Origin: Chrysomallon squamiferum
Taxonomy: Eukaryota; Animalia; Mollusca
Reading direction: 5' to 3'
DNA: 64,000 bases
NCBI GenBank assembly: GCA_012295275.1
Contig: CM022678.1
Location: forward strand, 992,001 to 1,056,000
Position numbers and translations under genes: made by a program
Notes under the pieces: generated by a model
Told to the model about the DNA's origin: nothing
The model's database searches: none
What the model saw: the letters and a program-made list of their open reading frames with translations, nothing else
Shown: in pieces, positions 1-13,504 of the stretch
How the letters are laid out: every line of letters starts with the position of its first letter
Numbering within the stretch: position 1 is the first letter of the stretch

Positions 1-333
1 GACAGCATACAGTTTAACATATATAGACTGCGTCTCTGTTTGAATATATTTATGTGTATGTTTGTGTAATGCATGTGTACATGCGTATGTGTGTGTGTAT
101 GTTTCTGTCCTGTGCTAAGTCTGGGTACAGGTATAGGTTCATATGTACTGTGTCTATGCATGTTTATATTTACTGTGTCTATGTTTGTTTATATTTACTG
201 TGTCTATGTATTTATGTGCACGTTTCTATTTGTTCAAGTCACAGTTTTGTGAGAGAAAAATACTAATCACTACTATGAATTCTGTTATCAATGAAACAGG
301 TAGACCAGAGAAAAGTTTCAGCTTTTAACTTAC

Positions 334-3300
334 TGGATTCGGGGTCATCTTCTGTTTGATTAGAATCGGAATCAGATACATCTGCTGGTACCGGATCTGT
401 AGTGAAACAAAGTAAATACTTTTTTTATAATTAGCAACTTCAATGTATAATTTCTGAAAATATTTCTACCTCAAACATAGATATAATTGTTGGATATAGT
501 AGCACTTTTTTTAATCACAAAAAACTTTTTTTATCTATATGTAGAGATATGACAGCCTGCAGTTTAATATATATACACCGTGTCTCTGTTTGAATATATT
601 TGTGTGCATGTCTGTGTATGGATGTCTGCATATACATTTATAGGTATGTCTTTTTATATTTACTGTGTCTATGTATGTTTATATGTACTGAGTTTATGTA
701 TGTCTATATGTACTGTGTCTATATATGTTTATATGTACTCTGTCTATGTATGTTTATATGTACTCTGTCTATATATGTTTATATGTACTGTGTTTGTATA
801 TGTCTATATGTACTGTGTCTACGTATGTTTATATGTACTGTGTCTATGTATGGTTATATGTACTGTGTCTATATATGTTTGTACATACTGTGTCTATATA
901 TGTTTATATGTACTGTGTCTCTGTAGTTATGTGCACGTTTGTATGTTTTCAGGTCACAGTGTGTGGCGGATAATTACTAATCACTACTATGTATTCTGTT
1001 ATCAATTAAACAGGTAGACAAGAGAAAACATTTAGTTTTTGACTTACTGGATTCCCAATTTTCTCCTATTTGTGTAGAACCGGAATAAAATGGGTTTGAT
1101 AGCTGATGTCTGGCTGTGAAACAGATTAAACACATAATTATAATTCACAACTTCAATACACAATTTCTGAAAGACTTTTTACGCTACAGATTCTGAATTA
1201 ATTCTTAAATGTAGTAGCACTTTTTGAAGCAGGAAACACTGTTTTTAATCGATATGTAGAGATATGACAGCATGTTCTGCTTGAATATATCTGAGTGTAT
1301 GTGTATATGTATATTTGTGCATATGTATCGATTCTGTGTTTCTGCTAAGTGTAGATACAGGTCTGTGTGATTATATGTATTGTGTCTATACATAGAGTGT
1401 GTGACGTAAAAATACTAATCACAACTATGTATTCTGGTATCTATTAAACATGTAGACACGAGAAAACTTTTAGTTTTTAGCTTACCGGATTCTTCGTTGT
1501 CTTTTGTTTCAGTAGAATCAGAATCAGATTCTTCTGCTGGGGACTTTTCTAGAATGAAAAATAGTGAATACATTTTTATAATTCATAATTTTATTTGCCT
1601 AATTTCTCCAAAAAATGTTTGACCTACAACATTCTGACAGTTAGATACAATTGTAAAATGAACTAGTACTTTTTGAAAGAGAAAAACAAATATTTTTATC
1701 TATATGTAGAGATACGACAGCATACAGTTTAACATACATAGACTGTCTCTATCTGAATGTATTTGTGTGTATGTTTGTGTAATGCATGTGTACATGCGTA
1801 TGTGTGTGTGTATGTTTCTGTCCTGTGCTAAGTCTGGATACAGGTATAGGTTCATATGTACTGTGTCTATGCATGTTTATATTTACTGTGTCTATGTTTG
1901 TTTATATTTACTGTGTCTATGTATTTATGTGCACGTTTCTATTTGTTCAAGTCACAGTTTTGTGAGAGAAAAATACTGATCACTACTATGAATTCTGTTA
2001 TCAATGAAACAGGTAGACCAGAGAAAAGTTTCAGCTTTTAACTTACTGGATTCGGGGTCATCTTCTGTTTGATTAGAATCGGAATCAGATACATCTGCTG
2101 GTACCGGATCTGTAGTGAAACAAAGTAAATACTTTTTTTATAATTAGCAACTTCAATGTATAATTTCTGAAAATATTTCTACCTCAAACATAGATATAAT
2201 TGTTGGATATAGTAGCACTTTTTTTAATCACAAAAAACTTTTTTTATCTATATGTAGAGATATGACAGCCTGCAGTTTAATATATATACACCGTGTCTCT
2301 GTTTGAATATATTTGTGTGCATGTCTGTGTATGGATGTCTGCATATACATTTACAGGTATGTATGTTTATATGTACTCTGTCTATGTATGTTTATATGTA
2401 CTCTGTCTATATATGTTTATATGTACTGTGTTTGTATATGTCTATATGTACTGTGTCTACGTATGTTTATATGTACTGTGTCTATGTATGGTTATATGTA
2501 CTGTGTCTATATATGTTTGTACATACTGTGTCTATATATGTTTATATGTACTGTGTCTCTGTAGTTATGTGCACGTTTGTATGTTTTTTTCAGGTCACAG
2601 TGTGTGGCGGATAATTACTAATCACTACTATGTATTCTGTTATCAATTAAACAGGTAGACAAGAGAAAACATTTAGTTTTTGACTTACTGGATTCCCAAT
2701 TTTCTCCTATTTGTGTAGAACCGGAATAAAATGGGTTTGATAGCTGATGTCTGGCTGTGAAGCAGATTAAACACATATTTATAATTCACAACTTCAATGC
2801 ACAATTTCCGAAAATATTTTTAACAGCAAAATTTAGTGTGGGATAGAAAGATAGTAATAATTATTGTGTTTTCTTTTTCCTGATAAACATGTAGAGAAGA
2901 GAAAACTTTCAGTTTTTAACTTACCGGATTCCCAAATTTCTCCTATTTGTGTAGAACTGGAATGAAATGGGTTTGATAGCTGATGTCTGACTGTGAAACA
3001 GATTAAACACATATTTATAATTCACAACTTCAATACACAATTTCTGAAAGACTTTTACGCTACAGATTCTGAATTAATTCTTAAATGTAGTAGCACTTTT
3101 TGAAGCAGGAAACACTGTTTTTAATCGATATGTAGAGATATGACAGCATGTTCTGCTTGAATATATCTGAGTGTATGTGTATATGTATATTTGTGCATAT
3201 GTATCGATTCTGTGTTTCTGCTAAGTGTAGATACAGGTCTGTGTGATTATATGTATTGTGTCTATACATAGAGTGTGTGACGTAAAAATACTAATCACAA

Positions 3301-6300
3301 CTATGTATTCTGGTATCTATTAAACATGTAGACACGAGAAAACTTTTAGTTTTTAGCTTACCGGATTCTTCGTTGTCTTCTGTTTCAGTAGAATCAGAAT
3401 CAGATTCTTCTGCTGGGGACTTTCCTAGAATGAAAAATAGTGAATACATTTTTATAATTCGTAATTTCTTTATGCCTAATTTCTCCAAAAAATGTTTGAC
3501 CTACAACATTCTGAGAGTTATATACTACTGTAAAATGAACTAGTACTTTTTGAAAGAGAAAAACGAATATTTTTATCTATATGTAGAGATATGACAGCAT
3601 ACAGTTTAACATATATAGACTGCGTCTCTGTTTGAATATATTTATGTGTATGTTTGTGTAATGCATGTATGCATCCAGATGTGTGTGTATGTTTCTGTTC
3701 TGTGCTAAGTGTAAGTCCAGGTAAATGTTCATATGTACTGTGTTTATGTATATTTATATTTACTGTGTCTATGCATGTTTATATCCAAAAAATGTTTGAC
3801 CTACAACATTCTGAGAGTTATATACTACTGTAAAATGAACTAGTACTTTTTGAAAGAGAAAAACGAATATTTTTATCTATATGTAGAGATATGACAGCAT
3901 ACAGTTTAACATATATAGACTGCGTCTCTGTTTGAATATATTTATGTGTATGTTTGTGTAATGCATGTATGCATCCAGATGTGTGTGTATGTTTCTGTTC
4001 TGTGCTAAGTGTAAGTCCAGGTAAATGTTCATATGTACTGTGTTTATGTATATTTATATTTACTGTGTCTATGCATGTTTATATTTACTGTGTCTATGTT
4101 TGTTTATATTTACTGTGTCTATGTATGTTTATATGTACTGTGTCTATGTATTTATGTGCACGTTTCTATTTGTTCAAGTCACAGTTTTGTGAGAGAAAAA
4201 TACTAATCACTACTATGAATTCTGTTATCAATGAAACAGGTAGACCAGAGAAAAGTTTCAGCTTTTAACTTACTGGATTCGGGGTCATCTTCTGTTTGAT
4301 TAGAATCGGAATCAGATACATCTGCTGGTACTGGATCTGCAGTGAAAGAAAGTAAATACTTTTTCTTATAATTAGCAACTTCAATGTATAATTTCTGAAA
4401 ATATTTTTACCTGAAAATTTCTCAAAATTAGATATAATTGTTGGATATAGTAGCACTTTTTTTAATCACAAAACACTTTTTTTATCTATATGTAGAGATA
4501 TGACAGCCTGCAGTTTAATATATATACACCGTGTCTCTGTTTGAATATATTTGTGTGCATGTCTGTGTATGGATGTCTGCATATACATTTATAGGTATGT
4601 CTTTTTATATTTACTGTGTCTATGTATGTTTATATGTACTGAGTTTATGTATGTCTATATGTACTGTGTCTATATATGTTTATATGTACTGTGTCTATGT
4701 ATGGTTATATGTACTCTATGTATGTTTATATGTACTCTGTCTATATATGTTTATATGTACTGTGTTTGTATATGTTTATATGTACTCTGTCTATATATGT
4801 TTATATGTACTGTGTTTATATATGTCTATATGTACTCTGTCTATATATGTTTATATGTACTGTGTTTATATATGTCTATATGTACTGTGTCTACGTATGT
4901 TTATATGTACTGTGTCTATGTATGGTTATATGTACTGTGTCTATATATGTTTGTACATACTGTGTCTATATATGTTTATATGTACTGTGTCTCTGTAGTT
5001 ATGTGCACGTTTGTATGTTTTTCAGGTCACAGTGTGTGGCGGATAATTACTAATCACTACTATGTATTCTGTTATCAATTAAACAGGTAGACAAGAGAAA
5101 ACATTTAGTTTTTGACTTACTGGATTCCCAATTTTCTCCTATTTGTGTAGAACCGGAATGAAATGGGTTTGATTGCTGATGTCTGGCTGTGAAGCAGATT
5201 AAACACATATTTATAATTCACAACTTCAATGCACAATTTCCGAAAATATTTTTAACAGCAAAATTCAGTGTGGAAAAAAAAATAGTAATAATTATTGTGT
5301 TTTCTTTTTCCTGATAAACATGTAGAGAATAGAAAACTGTCAGTTTTTAACTTACCGGATTCCCGATTTTCTCCTATTTGTGTAGAACCGGAATGAGATG
5401 GGTTTGATAGCTGATGTCTGACTGTGAAGCAGATTAAACACATATTTATAATTCACAACTTCAATGCACAATTTCCTAATATATTTTTAACAGCAAAATT
5501 CAGTGTGGGATAGAAAGATAGTAATAATTATTGTGTTTCTTTTTCCTGATAAACATGTAGAGAAGCGAAAACTGTCAGTTTTTAACTTACGGGATTCCCA
5601 AATTTCTTCTGTTTGTGTAGGACTGGGAAGAAGTACTTTGAATTCCTGAAATGAGTCTGCGAAACAGAGAAACATATTCTTGTAATTCACAACTTCAATC
5701 CACAATTTGTAAAAATATTTTTACCTGCAAAACTCTAAGAATTAGATATAATTACTAAATGCAGAAGCAATTTTTGAAACATAAAGACACTGTTTTAATC
5801 TATATTTACAGATATGACAGCATACAGTTTAACATACATAGACTGTGTTTCTGTCTGAATATTTTTGCGTATATGTCTGTGTAATTCATGTCTGTGTATA
5901 TCTGTGTGTGCATGTATGGGTTCTTTGTATGTACTAAATCATGGTACGTACTTTATATATACTGTGTCTATGCATTGATGTGCACGTTTCAACGTTGCTC
6001 AGATCACAGTGTGGTATAGAAATATAGTAATTACTACTGTGTTTTCTTTTACCGGTTAAACTTGTAGAGAAGGGAAACAATTTTGTTTTATAACTTGTTG
6101 TATACATAGTTATCTCCTATTTGAGTATAATCGTAATGAGGTACATTTGATAGCTGTTGTCCTGCTGTGAAACAGAGTAAATACTTTTTTTATAATTCAC
6201 AACTTCAATACATGATTGCTAGAAATATTTTAACTGTAAAATTCTGAGAATTAGGCATAATTACTAATTGTAGTAGCAGTTTCTTAAACTATATATAGAG

Positions 6301-9300
6301 ATATGACAGCCTGCGGATTTACATACGTACTCTCTGTCTCTATTGAATATATTTGTGTATATGTGGGTGTATGCATATCTGCATATATATGTGTGTGTGT
6401 GTGTGTTTGCATGTATATTTTGTCTGTTTGTGCTAAGTGTTGGTGGAAGTGTGTATATTTATATGCACTGTCTAGGTATTTATGTGCCCGTTTTTATGTT
6501 GATCAGATCATAGTGTGAGACAGGAAAATGCTGGTGACTACTGTGGTTTCTTTTACCTATTAAACATGTACAGAAGAGAAAACTTTGAATTTTTATCTTA
6601 CCATATGTATCGCGATGTGCGTTTGCTTGCAGTTGTCCTCCTGTGAAAGAGAGAAAATACATTTTTATAATTCAAAATTTCAATGAATAATTTCAGAAAA
6701 TTCTTTTATTTGCAAAATTCATAGAATTAGATTTAACTGTTGGTGTAGTAGAAGTGTTTCCAACACAGAACAAACTAGTTTATGTATACGTAAAGATACT
6801 GCAACACACAGTATTACTATGAATAGAGCAATATATGTTTTAACAAGTGTGTTTAATATTGTTAATAATTACACGTATATGCTGTCACTCTTGAGTAAAT
6901 GAACCGTATAAGAATAATTATAGTAGTCATGAGGAAACAATAATTAGTATGTATTTTGCGTTTTCCTGTTTTCATCTGTCCGACAGTACCTAAACCTATT
7001 TAAATTGTTTATATATTAACAATATCAATTTAAAAATATGTCAATTTACAAATGATAAAAAGTAAACATTATAATGATGTATACTGCATTCATAAAGATA
7101 TAAACAATTTTGTCTTACTTTCATACCGATGACCATATCTCGGGTCAAAGATATGTCCTATAGCTTCTGACCTGTAAAAATGTAACCATTATCACAAAGC
7201 CTTTATGTTTTCTGAACTGCACTATTAAATTATGTAAATCTAATAATTATAAAAACAGTTTTACTTGGTTATACTCTTATTCTTTTGAAGTATACTAAAT
7301 ATAATTATTAGAATAGTTACAAAGGTATATTCTTCGTTTTGTCAACCCTAATATCAATCTATGCTCTATAAACAATATAAATGCACATATCATAAGAATA
7401 GTTTTACTAAATTAAGTAAAATAAACAATACAAAAATAGGCACCATGCCAGAACCCTATTTGTTAGACAGTTTGTGAGACAGTGTAATTAGTTTGACTGG
7501 CTGGCTTCACTTTGGCTATAATGGGATAGCACAGTGAGGTTGGTATTAAATTAATTCATTGTTTAATTGATGGCAAATCTTGCATTGGAGTCAGAACGCA
7601 TTAGTCAGCTGTGCATTTAATGTTTCAATATTAAATAAATACATTCTTTCACTGACAATATATTTCTTGGATAAAGACCATCCTCAAGTTGAGTATTTCA
7701 CTTCCCAGAGAAGTACTGTTTCCGGGATATCTCTTCAATAAAAATAAGATTCGCCCGAATGGTACCTATTGTACCGGAAGATGTACGACGGTAGGGGATT
7801 ATATTAGAGACTTAACTGACCACATCCACGGTCCTGCAGACGTCACTGGCATCAGGTTCTTAAGTACACTACTGAAACGAACCCGTGATGAAACTACCAT
7901 ATTACTGCCTGCCATTAAACTGCTGAGACAAGACCCGCCGCAGTTGGAGTCTTGCCTTCGTTCTCTACTGTCGATAGTGCTCATGTTTGCAGCACCCAAC
8001 TCCGAGACCATCTACATGGACGGCACCTTCACCGCGTATCCCGACCAGTGGGACCAACTCTACATCGTTCACGCCAGAAAAGGCTCCTCAACGTACCCCC
8101 TTGTGTATGCCCTTGTTCCTGACCGCCTGATTACGACCTACCAGCGACCGTTCGGCCACTTGAAGACCCACGTTCAACGCCTTGCCAACAGACCCCTTTC
8201 GCCGACTAAAGTTCAGTTCGACTTCGAGATGGTTGCGATCCGTGCCTTGGATCTAGCGTTTCCCGTAGCCGAGATGAAAGGGTGTTTTTTTCATTTCACT
8301 CAATCCGTGTGGAGGAAAACCGTCGACCGTGGCCTTGCACAGCCGGTTGAATGGGCCACTGTGTCATCGCCACCCGAACATAAACCGCCTGGTGAACATT
8401 CTCAAGAAGATCGAGAAGGCAGAGAAGGCCATGCTCCCTCAAATGAACTTCGGTGCCGCTCTTCCGTCCCGCAAGCGAATTTACAGGGAGATCGGCAACC
8501 GCTTCAGCCGCCTCAAGGACCAGCTTGCCCAAAGATCCAAGACCCGTCTTCAGTTGCTGGACGCAGTGGATAAACTGGTTAAGGTATTGGGCTGGAGATT
8601 ATCTGGGTTTCTGACTAATGGGGGTCTGGTGGGTGTCTGACAAATGAGGTTCTGATTAATGGGTTCTTTTTGTATTCTGTAACAACGAGTGTAACAGAAT
8701 AGGTTTCAAATTCTCCTTCCTTACAACTCAAATGTGATCAGGATTAACGTGCGATCTCAGGACATGTATATGTACGACGCACAGTAAAAAATATAATAAT
8801 AATAATATAGATAATAATAATAATAATCATAATAATAATAATAATCATAATCATAATAATAATAAAACAACAAAACAACAATAATGAAGTGTAGTTTGAT
8901 ATTAATGTTTGAAATATGACCGACTGTTTCACAGACAAAACTAGCATTATTAGCCATAATTATCTTCAATACCCGTATAAAGACATTTGTTTTGTGTTGT
9001 TTCTTGTAACAAATGAGTGTAACAATACAGGTTACAAATTCTCCTTGTTTACAACTCAATCGTGAATATGATTAACGGGCGATCTATGTATCTATATATC
9101 CACTACTCACAGTAAGTAAATAATAATAAGAAGAAGAAGAAGAAGGAGAAGAAGAAGAAGAAGAAGAAGAAGATGAAGAAGAAGAAGATGAAGAAGAAGA
9201 AGAAGAAGATGACGAACAAGAAGACGAAGAAGAATAACAAGAACAACAAAAACAACAATAACAACAAGAGCTGTGATTATAATATTAAGAATAATAACAC

Positions 9301-9864
9301 TGATAATAAAATGAATGAAGTAAACAAATTAAATAATTCAATTAATGAAATGAAATTCTTGAAGTTAAATTGGGCAGTATTAGTCAATTATTAAATTTAC
9401 ATTATGTTATGCGGACTTATAGTTGTGTTATTTTTGTTGGGCCGTGCCTATTATTCACATAGGTATTGGGCTGGAGATTATCTGGGTTTCTGACTAATGG
9501 GGGAACACCGAAAAATAGTTTCAATAATTTATATTTATAGATTTTTCAATACTAATACTAAATTTAGTTCTATAAACAATGAAAATGTACAAAATAGTTA
9601 CAGTAAGATATAGTCTTAGCTTTCTCAATACTAACACTAAATCGTAATATTAACAATGCAAATGTATAGATGTTATCAGAATAGTTTCAGTAAGATGTAT
9701 TCTTTATTTTTTTTTCAGTATTAGCATTAAACTGTATTGTAAAGAATGGAAATATATAGAAAACATCAGAATTATTTTAGTGACTTATATACTCAGTTTT
9801 CTCAATATCTATACTAAATTGTTATACAAAAATTATCAATGAAAACTTACCAATATGCACCCAT
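334..9864 (-). CDS. Multi-microexon gene, 3' end outside window; predicted N-myristoylated protein with Ser/acidic 21-22 aa repeats
   Basis: Canonical AG/GTAAG exons splice into one open frame: 9851-9864 (ATG in ACAAACATGG context), 7119-7171, 6602-6640, 5591-5656, 5356-5421, 5121-5186, 4274-4336, 3362-3424, 2925-2990, 2689-2754, 2047-2109, 1486-1548, 1048-1113, 334-396. Translation: MGAYWSEAIGHIFDPRYGHRYERGQLQANAHRDTYDSFQEFKVLLPSPTQTEEIWESLRHQLSNPSHSGSTQIGENRESARHQQSNPFHSGSTQIGENWESNPVPADVSDSDSNQTEDDPESRKSPAEESDSDSTETEDNEES... All exons from 6640 leftwards are 39, 63 or 66 nt and phase 1-1. Confidence 0.8.
650..922. repeat. Intronic 25-bp minisatellite (atatgtactgtgtctatgtatgttt)n; paralogous arrays at about 2360-2560 and 4600-4995
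   Basis: atatgtactg recurs at 781, 806 and 831. Copy number differs among the three duplicated introns. Confidence 0.9.
3484..4084. repeat. 300-bp direct tandem duplication, intronic, no exon included
   Basis: tccaaaaaatgtttgacctacaac begins at 3484 and 3784, and the two copies look identical. Confidence 0.9.
6099..6164 (-). other. Paralogous 66-nt microexon with mutated donor (probable pseudo-exon)
   Basis: The acceptor is intact and the frame is open (GQQLSNVPHYDYTQIGDNYVY), homologous to the RHQLSNP exons, but the donor position reads ACAAGT instead of GTAAGT. Confidence 0.6.
7689..8580 (+). mobile_element. Mutator/MULE transposase remnant, internally deleted, inside an intron of the microexon gene
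   Basis: MULE motifs IYMDGTF, QLYIVH, PLVYAL, DFE.AI and GCFFHFTQSVWRK; C-terminal HPNI.RLV.ILK lies in a shifted frame; GC-rich relative to flanks. Confidence 0.85.
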
Positions 9865-10028
9865 GTTTGTTTTTTCCAAACTGTAGAATGTTCGTGCATC
9901 AGATATGAATATTTACCTCCACTGTATTCAACAGCTGAGTCATTCACAGTAAATTTGACAAGAAGGAGAACGTCAGAAGCACAAATATGGCAGACAAAAG
10001 GAATGCATACAGAAGTTTATTCACTCAC

Positions 10029-10131
10029 TGTCATTGCCCACCTCTAAAACAAACTTTAACAATTCTGTCAGGGCCAATCATCAGCCCATATTTCCTCTGC
10101 TGTGGTTGGCCGCTGTCATCTTTATAAATAT
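10029..10131 (-). other. Probable upstream (5'UTR) exon of the microexon gene
   Basis: TAG acceptor at 10132-10134 and GTGAGT donor at 10023-10028. The 148-nt intron ends ttctacag at 9881, joining exon 9851-9880 that holds the ATG. Confidence 0.5.
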
Positions 10132-11235
10132 CTATAAATAATACAGTATTCAACCTTAAGTACATTTATCATAAAGTTAAAGTCTTTACAAATAATTTCT
10201 TTATGTATTTGCATACATACATACATACAAACATACCTACATACATACATCCAATAATCTTTGATGTTTCAAGGCGTAGCTTGATCCAGCTCTGTACTAA
10301 ACAAGTTAATTCTGGACAAATTACATAAAGACAAGGTTTTTGTTCATATATTTCTTCATTTAACGGATGAAGTCGTCAAAGTCTAGCGAGAAAGCCGTGC
10401 CTAGTATTTCCTTGATTTAAATATTTCCTTCTTCTTCCTCTTTTTCTTCTTTTGTTATTTATTTATTTATTCTGTATACATCCAAGTTATTTCTTTGTTT
10501 AGAGCGACGTTTTCATTACACATAACAAAGTTTGACAGAAACACTGTTACGAAACATTTGACGACTCTATCTCTTCTCAGCTGAAATCGTGACGTCATCA
10601 CGTAATGGGATTGATCGATCTAATTTTCTAAACAGTGAGTCGTCCCGGGATGCAGAAATTTGTATTTTATAAGAAAAGTTTGCTTTCTTTTATACACTAT
10701 ATACAACACAAAATACACACTCTCAAACACTGAACGAGTAATTATCACAAGAGACATGATATGAATCTTTTCTCAATAGAAATTCTTGCATTTCCTTTTG
10801 CTGTTGACGATTTCAATTAATAAACAAAATGTTTGTTAATATCGTCATCAAGGCTAAAGACAATATTTTCTGCAATTGCTTTGGCTACGTCTGTGATAGT
10901 TTTAACGTCTGTTGTTGAGTAAAATGTTGTTGCCTATTTTTGCCTCATTTCAAAAACAGTCTAATTATTGCCAGTGATTTATGATAATAATTATTTTTTT
11001 GTTTTGCTACTTCCCGAATAGACTGAATTACACCACTGTTAATATTTGAGGGAACCAATGAATTTCGATTTTGTATTTTCAAATAATCAGTTATTCCGTA
11101 GACATTTTACTTCTGAATCGAGTATTTGATAAGATAACTGAACAACAACAACAAAAAAAGTGTACACTAGTATGCTTACAGACTGCTCTTTCATCGACAG
11201 TGGTTATACTTAGACACCACTTTCATTATATGTGC

Positions 11236-11268
<33 letters not shown>

Positions 11269-11316
11269 GATACTGATGTTGCTGTTCTTGTTGTATATAC
11301 AAAGATATAATTCGAT

Positions 11317-11383
<67 letters not shown>

Positions 11384-12284
11384 CAATAATAATGAAGTGT
11401 AGTTTCACTACTGTTCACACACGAAACTAAACAGTATTGGCATATTATCTTCAATACCCGTGTAACGACATTTTTTTATTTTTTTATTATGTTTTTTTTT
11501 TTATTATTATTTTTTTTTTTTTCGCAATAAGTGTATCTACACAGATTTAAAACTGGCCTTGTTAACAACTCAACCGTGAACACGATAAACGTGCGATCTA
11601 AGTATCTATGAAGGTATTATACACAGAAAAAAAACAAGAACAACAACAACAATATCATAATATTAATAATAATAATAATAATAATAATGACGATGATGAT
11701 GATTATGATTATAACAGCAACAACACCAATAATAATAATAATAATAACAATAATAATAATAGTAATAATAATAATAATATCAAAATGAAAATGAAATAAT
11801 AAGGAAATGAAATAACATCAAATCAAAAATAAAATAAATAAAATTGTATTGAGTGAAATCAAATATATGAAGACAAACTAATAAAAAGAGTTTCTTGAAG
11901 CAAAATGATAGATAGACAGATAGATACATATATACATACATAGATCAGATAGATAAATATACATAAAAAGTAAAAGCTTCTACGATATCAGTTAAGAGGA
12001 GATTTGGCTGATCTGTTTAGAAACAGACTTCACAACAACAGACTGAAGAATAAATCTAAAGATTATGTTAAGAATCTAAATGTCTTTGAAGTTTTAAAAC
12101 TGATGAATTTAGTTTCACACGTTTGTTATTTTATCTTTTTGTTTGTTATTGTTGTTGTTGTTGTCTTAGTGAAATCGCAATCCCATATACATATATATAA
12201 ATAGCTTGACCCTGAACTCACACACTACAGATATAAGTGCATTGTCTTTCTAAATAGTTATTTTGAATTTCTAGATTTCTAGTA

Positions 12285-12633
12285 CTTATTTTTATTATCT
12301 TTCGATCTAGTTATTTAGATTTTCTCGCTATTTAACCAATTTCATTTTATATTTATTCAGGTATTTAAACTTTCTTGCTATATAGTATTTATTTTTATTA
12401 TCTTTCGATCTAGTTATTTAGATGTTCTCGCTATTTAACCAATTTCATTTTATATTTATTCAGGTATTTAAACTTTCTTGCTATATAGTATTTATTTTTA
12501 TTATCTTTCGATCTAGTTATTTAGATTTTCTCGCTATTTAACCAATTTCATTTTATATTTATTCAGGTATTTAAACTTTCTTGCTATATAGTATTTATTT
12601 TTATTATATTCCTATCTAGTTATTTTGATTTTC
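12285..12633. repeat. 103-bp tandem repeat, about 3.3 copies
   Basis: ttcgatctagttatttaga at 12301, 12404 and 12507, with a degenerate copy near 12610. Confidence 0.9.
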
Positions 12634-13019
12634 TGGCCACAAACTGTAACTGTATCTGTCAAAAAATAATTTTTCTCTCTTGTCGTAGTTTGTAAATTAT
12701 TATACTTATATGACTGTTTTCAACATTTACTAAAGACACCTTACATTCATATCAAAAGCAACCTGTATTTCTCTGTCTCTGACACTACAGATAATCACTA
12801 TCAAATAGAATGTTTTTTTAATTCTTTTAGTCATATGAAGCTTTACACACACACACACACACACACACATACACACACACATACACACATATAAATTTAT
12901 TTATTTATTTATTTCAAACTGAAATTCTCTGTAGCAAAAGTAAAGTTATTTCCCCTTCATGGAGGAAACCAGTAATAACTGGTTACTCTCTTTACAGAGA
13001 AAAACGCACATACAGATGC

Positions 13020-13078
13020 CCACACATACATGCATGCATATATACATATATACATACATACATACATATATACATACA

Positions 13079-13112
<34 letters not shown>

Positions 13113-13175
13113 CATACATACATACATACATACATACATACATACATACATACATACATACATACATACATACAT
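13020..13175. repeat. (TACA)n microsatellite
   Basis: Direct inspection. Confidence 0.95.
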
Positions 13176-13466
13176 GCTGTCTTAGGTTGTCTCATGGCCG
13201 AACGGTAACATCGTCCGACATCAAAATCCTAAACTACATATTTACCAGAGCCAGGTTTCCCACAAAAAATAGATGTACGCAAAAATGACGTAAGACAAAG
13301 AACAGCATGTTTCGTGGGAAGCGAAGATTGACCTTGGTTAGTGAGCAACTTTATTTAAGGTTGTCTCATGGCCGAACGGTAATATAGTCCGCCTTCGGAG
13401 TGCGGGCGAATGGGTGCCATACGTTCGACTCTCGTCAGCGGCATCTGACAATAATTACAAATAGAA

Positions 13467-13504
<38 letters not shown>

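Larger units (their letters stand above)
1..6700. repeat. Higher-order tandem duplication of exon+intron units (about 1.7-2.2 kb period)
   Basis: The same intron sequence recurs at 54 and 1767 (offset 1713), at 1205 and 3081, and at 580, 2293 and 4531. Each block carries a PVPAD-type exon and one or two RHQ.SNP-type exons, and two blocks also carry a KSPAEE-type exon. Confidence 0.9.

Noticed and set aside
54-5090. Plus-strand ORFs rich in Y/V/C/M
   Set aside because: They are translations of the 25-bp intronic minisatellite and TG-rich intron sequence, open in several frames; the real gene is spliced on the minus strand.
9851-10015. Alternative longer exon reading ...LLLVKFTVNDSAVEYSGGKY... 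(superficially Ig-like)
   Set aside because: It has an upstream in-frame stop, lacks the conserved Ig cysteine, and splicing to the next exon gives an immediate TAG; the GTGAGT...ctacag intron model fits better.
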